DNA from: a virus
Lineage: Duplodnaviria; Caudoviricetes
Strand: one strand, 5' to 3'
Virus record (IMG/VR): IMGVR_UViG_3300037067_016568
Coordinates: 120,769 to 184,768 of that record
Length of the DNA: 64,000 bases
Below the pieces are notes generated by a model. The model worked only from the letters and a program-made list of their open reading frames with translations, had not been told where the DNA came from and ran no database searches. Each line of letters opens with the position of its first letter. Position 1 is the first letter of the stretch. A program made the translations under genes and the position numbers. This document shows positions 59,773 through 64,000 of this stretch, one piece after another.

Positions 59773-60294
59773 TTATCCTGCTTCCTGTAGATTCTCTTCC
59801 TTGGCTTTATCCATTTCCAATGTGAATGTAATTTCGCCTACTTTGGATGATGCATAATCTAATTCATCTGGTGTAATTTTAGATGGCCAACAACCATGCA
59901 TTGTATATTTATATATTGATCTACCCTCTCCATTTAATAGCTCTAATGTGCATGTCTGTTTTGTAATATTGATAGTAGATGTAGCGAGATTAACAACTTT
60001 GGTGGACCACCATTGATAAATCTTATATGCGGAATCGGTATTAGTTATGACATGATAAAAGCTAATGTCTATTGGTAGCCATTTTTGTTTCCCTGGAAAC
60101 CACAAAACGTCTTGGCTGTGGTGTAATTGTGCTCTATCAAATTCAACTTTTGGCCTGCCTGATTTATGCGCATATATGAGTATATCTTTTAGTGGATCGA
60201 GTGTAGCAAATTTCCAACGATGTTGGCGGGCTGACTCGACAGCAGCCCCAGGCTGAGTAGCTTGATTGTTCTGGCCTATATTAAATCCTGGCAT
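59773..60294 (-). CDS. tail tube protein paralogue (gp19-like)
   Basis: Start reassigned to MPGFNI; RP, FPGKQKWLPIDISFY, GCWP, ELDY. Confidence 0.8.
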   Translation of the reverse strand: MPGFNIGQNNQATQPGAAVESARQHRWKFATLDPLKDILIYAHKSGRPKVEFDRAQLHHSQDVLWFPGKQKWLPIDISFYHVITNTDSAYKIYQWWSTKVVNLATSTINITKQTCTLELLNGEGRSIYKYTMHGCWPSKITPDELDYASSKVGEITFTLEMDKAKEENLQEAG

Positions 60295-60387
60295 GGCAAA
60301 CCAATACATGTAAGAGTCGATTCCACTATCTTAGATTTGATATGGAACAAGCCAATTATATACTATCAGAATAGATATAGAGTTGGG

Positions 60388-60894
60388 CTACGCCTTGATA
60401 GCCCGATCATATCTCAACGTTGCTTCAATTGTCGAGATATCTGTGGCAGTATAATCAAGATCGCCCCAGTTGACTTCCTTAGGCCAAGCATTACACATAA
60501 TCCACGTCTCTGTCGTATTCCCGGCAGCCCCAATCATCTCCAGTGTAGCTTGCTGCTTATATACAGACGGCGCATTAACAATAGCTGTTGGCAGATCGAC
60601 AACTGTACGCAGCCAGGTATAGATAGTATCCGAGACGTCAGGATCTTGCTCGACATCATACCACTTCATACTCACAGGTTCCCAGGTTTGCTTACCAGCA
60701 AAGTAAGCTACTTCCTGGTCGTGATGCATTTCTGGCTCTGCGAATTTGAAGTTGGGCCGCGATGCTGCCTGCAAAACTAGTAATGCCGCAGGATTCACTG
60801 CTCCGAGTGTCCGAAACACCCAACGATGCTTTCTGCGGGTCTCAAGATTGGCAGCAGGTCCGCTGCCGGTACCACATATGTTGAATCCTGGCAT
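60388..60894 (-). CDS. tail tube protein (gp19-like)
   Basis: RKHRWVF, SRP, YFAGKQTWEPVSMKWYD, YKQ, NAWP, WGDLDY, LRYDRA. Confidence 0.88.
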   Translation of the reverse strand: MPGFNICGTGSGPAANLETRRKHRWVFRTLGAVNPAALLVLQAASRPNFKFAEPEMHHDQEVAYFAGKQTWEPVSMKWYDVEQDPDVSDTIYTWLRTVVDLPTAIVNAPSVYKQQATLEMIGAAGNTTETWIMCNAWPKEVNWGDLDYTATDISTIEATLRYDRAIKA

Positions 60895-60974
60895 TTCAAT
60901 CTCCCTTTATCAGGCAACTACTCTATTGCCGCTATCCTATGTTTGATGTTCGATAGTTTCTTACAATCTGTTTG

Positions 60975-61061
60975 TTACTTCTTCTGATTAGCTGCGGCCT
61001 TACGTGCCAATTGTCGAGCACGTTGGCGCAAATTATCTTCACTAAGCAATGATAATTTCAT
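60975..61061 (-). CDS. 28-aa basic peptide with MKLSLLSE N-terminus (candidate internal head protein)
   Basis: Hand-translated MKLSLLSEDNLRQRARQLARKAAANQKK*; below the ORF-track cutoff. Confidence 0.45.
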   Translation of the reverse strand: MKLSLLSEDNLRQRARQLARKAAANQKK

Positions 61062-61067
61062 GATATA

Positions 61068-61095
61068 GAGAGGGCCAGCTTTCACTGGCCCTCTC
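61068..61095. terminator. hairpin downstream of the sheath gene
   Basis: gagagggccag-ctttca-ctggccctctc. Confidence 0.6.
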
Positions 61096-61106
61096 ATCAC
61101 GACGAA

Positions 61107-63959
61107 CTATCTTCCACTAACCACAACTCCGCCTGCTGCCAACACTTCCTCGGAACTAAAGGAGGCCGAAGATTGCATAACGACAAGATTCAAGACAATG
61201 AACTCGATCGCACGTGTCGGCTTAATGAAGACCGACACCCACAATTGGTTCATATCTCTTCTTTGTGGTGTGTTATTTGATTCGTCACAAACCACATTAT
61301 AGGCATCCAAGCCGCGACGGGCTTGAATATCTGCCATAAATGGGTTAATCAGAGTTCTAACTTGCGCCCAGGTAGTCGAATCATTTGGCTCGAAAACGAA
61401 TGCCCGGAGTATCTGGACCAAATTCTTCTTCAGATAGATCAGCAACATTCTCACATTGACTCTATCTAAAGCAGTCTCAGTCCGTTGTAGCGTCCGCTGG
61501 CCGAAAACAACAATTCCATCCTTCGGGAACGACACTAACGGATTGACGGCATTGCCGGACCCGTATAACAAGTCTCGTTCCCCTTGACTTGGATTGTATT
61601 CGACGGCCAGAGGAGTTAGCAAGTAGCCACGATTGATACCTGCCGGAGCCATCCACTGATCAGCAACTCTCGAAGTTCTTGCGAACACCGAGGCGACTTG
61701 ACCAGATGGTGGGGTCCAGATGTTCTGCTTGCTGAACTGGTCGTAAATTTCCAACCAGCCCCAATACAAGGCTCCGTAGCTGCTGTTGATTGCGTGCGAC
61801 AGATCCGACAACAGCATTCCGTTGTGCCAGTCAACAACCTGTTGTGGTCTTAATCCAAAAGGCGGATCGACAATATAAAGAACATCTCCACGGCTTTCAC
61901 ACAGTTGCAATCCTTGGCCTATAACAGCTCCAGATGTCATTCCAGGAATGATCAGTAGATTGATGTCATAAGTTTCGGAGTTTTGGATACCATACATGCC
62001 GCTGGAGTCTTGTGGATTGCCGATAATAGCAGCATCCAATTCACTCGAATATGCCGGATCAGTAGGAATACCGTTGGCACCGCCGCTAAACGTATGACTC
62101 GACAGCTGGGCCGGTTGCCGTACTTCATAGGTGGTCGGATCTAATTCATCATTGTTCAAGAACGACGGGCGATCTTCCCAATTGACGAAATCATTTCCAT
62201 TGGTACCTCCATATGTAGTGCCGGGATTTAAGACACTTCCGATATACCGGTCGTCGGTCTTGTCGAAACTGATATTCTGCACATTGTCGGCTGTTGCCCC
62301 GTCTGGATCATTGATGACCAACTGATACCGGGCAGCTGAGTTACCAGCGATTTGCGTTTGTAACTGAAGGGTCAGAGTATATCTGTCCAACCAAGTTCCC
62401 GCGCTTGTCGCCACAAACCATCCGACGATGTTTTGGAAATAAGCAGTATCCAATGCACACTGTGCACCGCTAGGATCTGACTCACAAGACAGCGGCACAG
62501 ATGGCGTGATTTCACCTGTTGCAGGCAATGCGACACGGCTATCGTAGAACCCGCGATAAGCCTTCGTGTATGGAGAAAGCACTCCAATCTCCTCTGCAAA
62601 CATCAAAGTCTTGAGATTGGAGTAGTTCGCCTTCAGCATCAACTGATCGAGCTTATGCGTGTCAGATGTCAAAACAACGACATGCTGGATGTTACCGGGA
62701 GCAGTAATAGCAAATGACGTAAAGTACGTCTCACCGCCATATATTCCATTGCTGTTGATTGCAGCTGCAATGGTAGCCGCAGACAAATTGGTACCAACCG
62801 GAATGGTGAAAACAATATTGATGGTACTGCTTCTATCTGCCGGTATCACATCGATTGAAACTCGGTTGCTCTGGCTATTGATGAAGTATGGTTCTGCATC
62901 AGTCCCCAACAGATAACTGCGTGGGATATCATACACATACTGTTGGACTCCAACTTCAGCAGCAAAAGCACAAGATCCGGCCAGCTGAATACGATCACCA
63001 GCAACTTTCGTTCGAAGCTGAGGATATTCGACGCCACCCTCAGTGATAACAACAGCCACATATTCTTCTGTCGCTATCAACGCATTGACTGCTTCGATGA
63101 AGTCGTCAGCAGTAGTGTAATCAGCAACCGGCATAATATATGCTGTGCCAGTACCGTTCACTTCGACATCGAATTCTCGATTGTATGGCTTTGCGGTAAA
63201 TCCGAAGACATCGTTTGCGTCAAGCCGACCATCGGTCACAACAATTTCGCAAACAAGACCGTCGCCGATCTCGATATCAGTGCTGACACCGGTTGTCTTC
63301 TCATCAAGCGTTCCGCTTGCCATCAGAGCACTATCTCTGCTCCGGAAGAGATTAAATGTGCAGCCCTTGATGGAATAACCAACGTCAGGGGCACCGGTGA
63401 TGAATAATGAGAAGGTATCGTCGGTGCAGCCGGTATATTGATCGCTGACATAAGTGCCAGTAGTGAAATTCAACGTAGCATCAGTCGGCCCATCAGTGAC
63501 TGACACACTGACATCAGTAAAGGTGATGTCTTCGACACCGGCGTCATGGAATGATAATGGAGCAGCTTCCGTCACAGCCCTTAACGTCAGTTTGCCATAA
63601 TCAATTCCTGTAAAGACTGGGATTCGATTCCAGCCATTAAGACGATTGCCGGAGGTATCGATACAAACGTCGCCGAGTTCCTCAGGTTGTCCTTCTTGAC
63701 ATTCAATGCCGACTCGAATAATATATGCCTGATTGCTCTCCTCAAGATAAGCAAGTACAGCATACATCAGATAGCTCTCGACAAAGGGCTCCCCGAATAC
63801 GTCAATTGCTTGTTGTGCACTTGTCACAAAAATGGGAGTGTTCATTGGACCTTTTTTGGCAGTCCCAACAAATGCCGCACGGAGCGGTCCGGCAGTACCG
63901 GTAACTGCACTAAGGTCTATTTCCCTTGGATAAACACCAGGGCTGAGATATGTGGGCAT
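61107..63959 (-). CDS. tail sheath protein (gp18-like)
   Basis: YLSPGVYPREIDLS, AFVGTAKKGP, SSYGALYWGW, WMAPAGINRG, VFGQRTL, RVNVRML, FEPND, VCDESNNTP, IKPTRAIEFI. Confidence 0.95.
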   Translation of the reverse strand: MPTYLSPGVYPREIDLSAVTGTAGPLRAAFVGTAKKGPMNTPIFVTSAQQAIDVFGEPFVESYLMYAVLAYLEESNQAYIIRVGIECQEGQPEELGDVCIDTSGNRLNGWNRIPVFTGIDYGKLTLRAVTEAAPLSFHDAGVEDITFTDVSVSVTDGPTDATLNFTTGTYVSDQYTGCTDDTFSLFITGAPDVGYSIKGCTFNLFRSRDSALMASGTLDEKTTGVSTDIEIGDGLVCEIVVTDGRLDANDVFGFTAKPYNREFDVEVNGTGTAYIMPVADYTTADDFIEAVNALIATEEYVAVVITEGGVEYPQLRTKVAGDRIQLAGSCAFAAEVGVQQYVYDIPRSYLLGTDAEPYFINSQSNRVSIDVIPADRSSTINIVFTIPVGTNLSAATIAAAINSNGIYGGETYFTSFAITAPGNIQHVVVLTSDTHKLDQLMLKANYSNLKTLMFAEEIGVLSPYTKAYRGFYDSRVALPATGEITPSVPLSCESDPSGAQCALDTAYFQNIVGWFVATSAGTWLDRYTLTLQLQTQIAGNSAARYQLVINDPDGATADNVQNISFDKTDDRYIGSVLNPGTTYGGTNGNDFVNWEDRPSFLNNDELDPTTYEVRQPAQLSSHTFSGGANGIPTDPAYSSELDAAIIGNPQDSSGMYGIQNSETYDINLLIIPGMTSGAVIGQGLQLCESRGDVLYIVDPPFGLRPQQVVDWHNGMLLSDLSHAINSSYGALYWGWLEIYDQFSKQNIWTPPSGQVASVFARTSRVADQWMAPAGINRGYLLTPLAVEYNPSQGERDLLYGSGNAVNPLVSFPKDGIVVFGQRTLQRTETALDRVNVRMLLIYLKKNLVQILRAFVFEPNDSTTWAQVRTLINPFMADIQARRGLDAYNVVCDESNNTPQRRDMNQLWVSVFIKPTRAIEFIVLNLVVMQSSASFSSEEVLAAGGVVVSGR

Positions 63960-64000
63960 TTGTTAATCTCCGTTGTCGAGTATCAAACTACGATAGATTT

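Noticed and set aside
1-64000. Stop-codon reassignment, as in some large phages
   Set aside because: Standard-code ORFs tile the window densely, and conserved genes end properly at TAG, TGA and TAA.

Overview
This window is part of a large T4-like (myovirus/jumbo-type) bacteriophage genome, almost entirely encoded on the minus strand. From right to left it holds a contractile-tail module (sheath, three tube paralogues, gp26/gp51-like chaperone pair, two large adhesin-like proteins, primase, hub, tape measure, gp53/gp5/gp25/gp6-like baseplate). Next come class II RNR, a UvsW-like helicase, a late sigma-like factor, a ferritin-like fusion, terminase, an S8 protease, portal and a 1005-aa acidic core protein. 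These are followed by an inserted block (degenerate SNase, membrane proteins, papain-like peptidase, gmd-fcl-glycosyltransferase), scaffold and major capsid protein, an HNH-type endonuclease and many small hypothetical ORFs. The most striking locus is 1437-4311: a Ro60/Rsr (TROVE-vWA) gene preceded by a cas-less array of 6 repeats (36-nt core) with 5 unique 29-30-nt spacers, five Y-RNA-like genes and an initiator-type tRNA-Met. Three of the Y RNAs are circularly permuted tRNAs that keep anticodon arms with different anticodons (TGA, CCT, ATG). On the transcribed strand the array repeat resembles the conserved terminal helix of these Y RNAs, so the locus may be a spacer-programmed Ro60 RNP; an orphan type II-C-like CRISPR array is the alternative. 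Adhesin domains suggest a Planctomycetota host (inference). All protein calls come from motif recognition by eye, without database searches.
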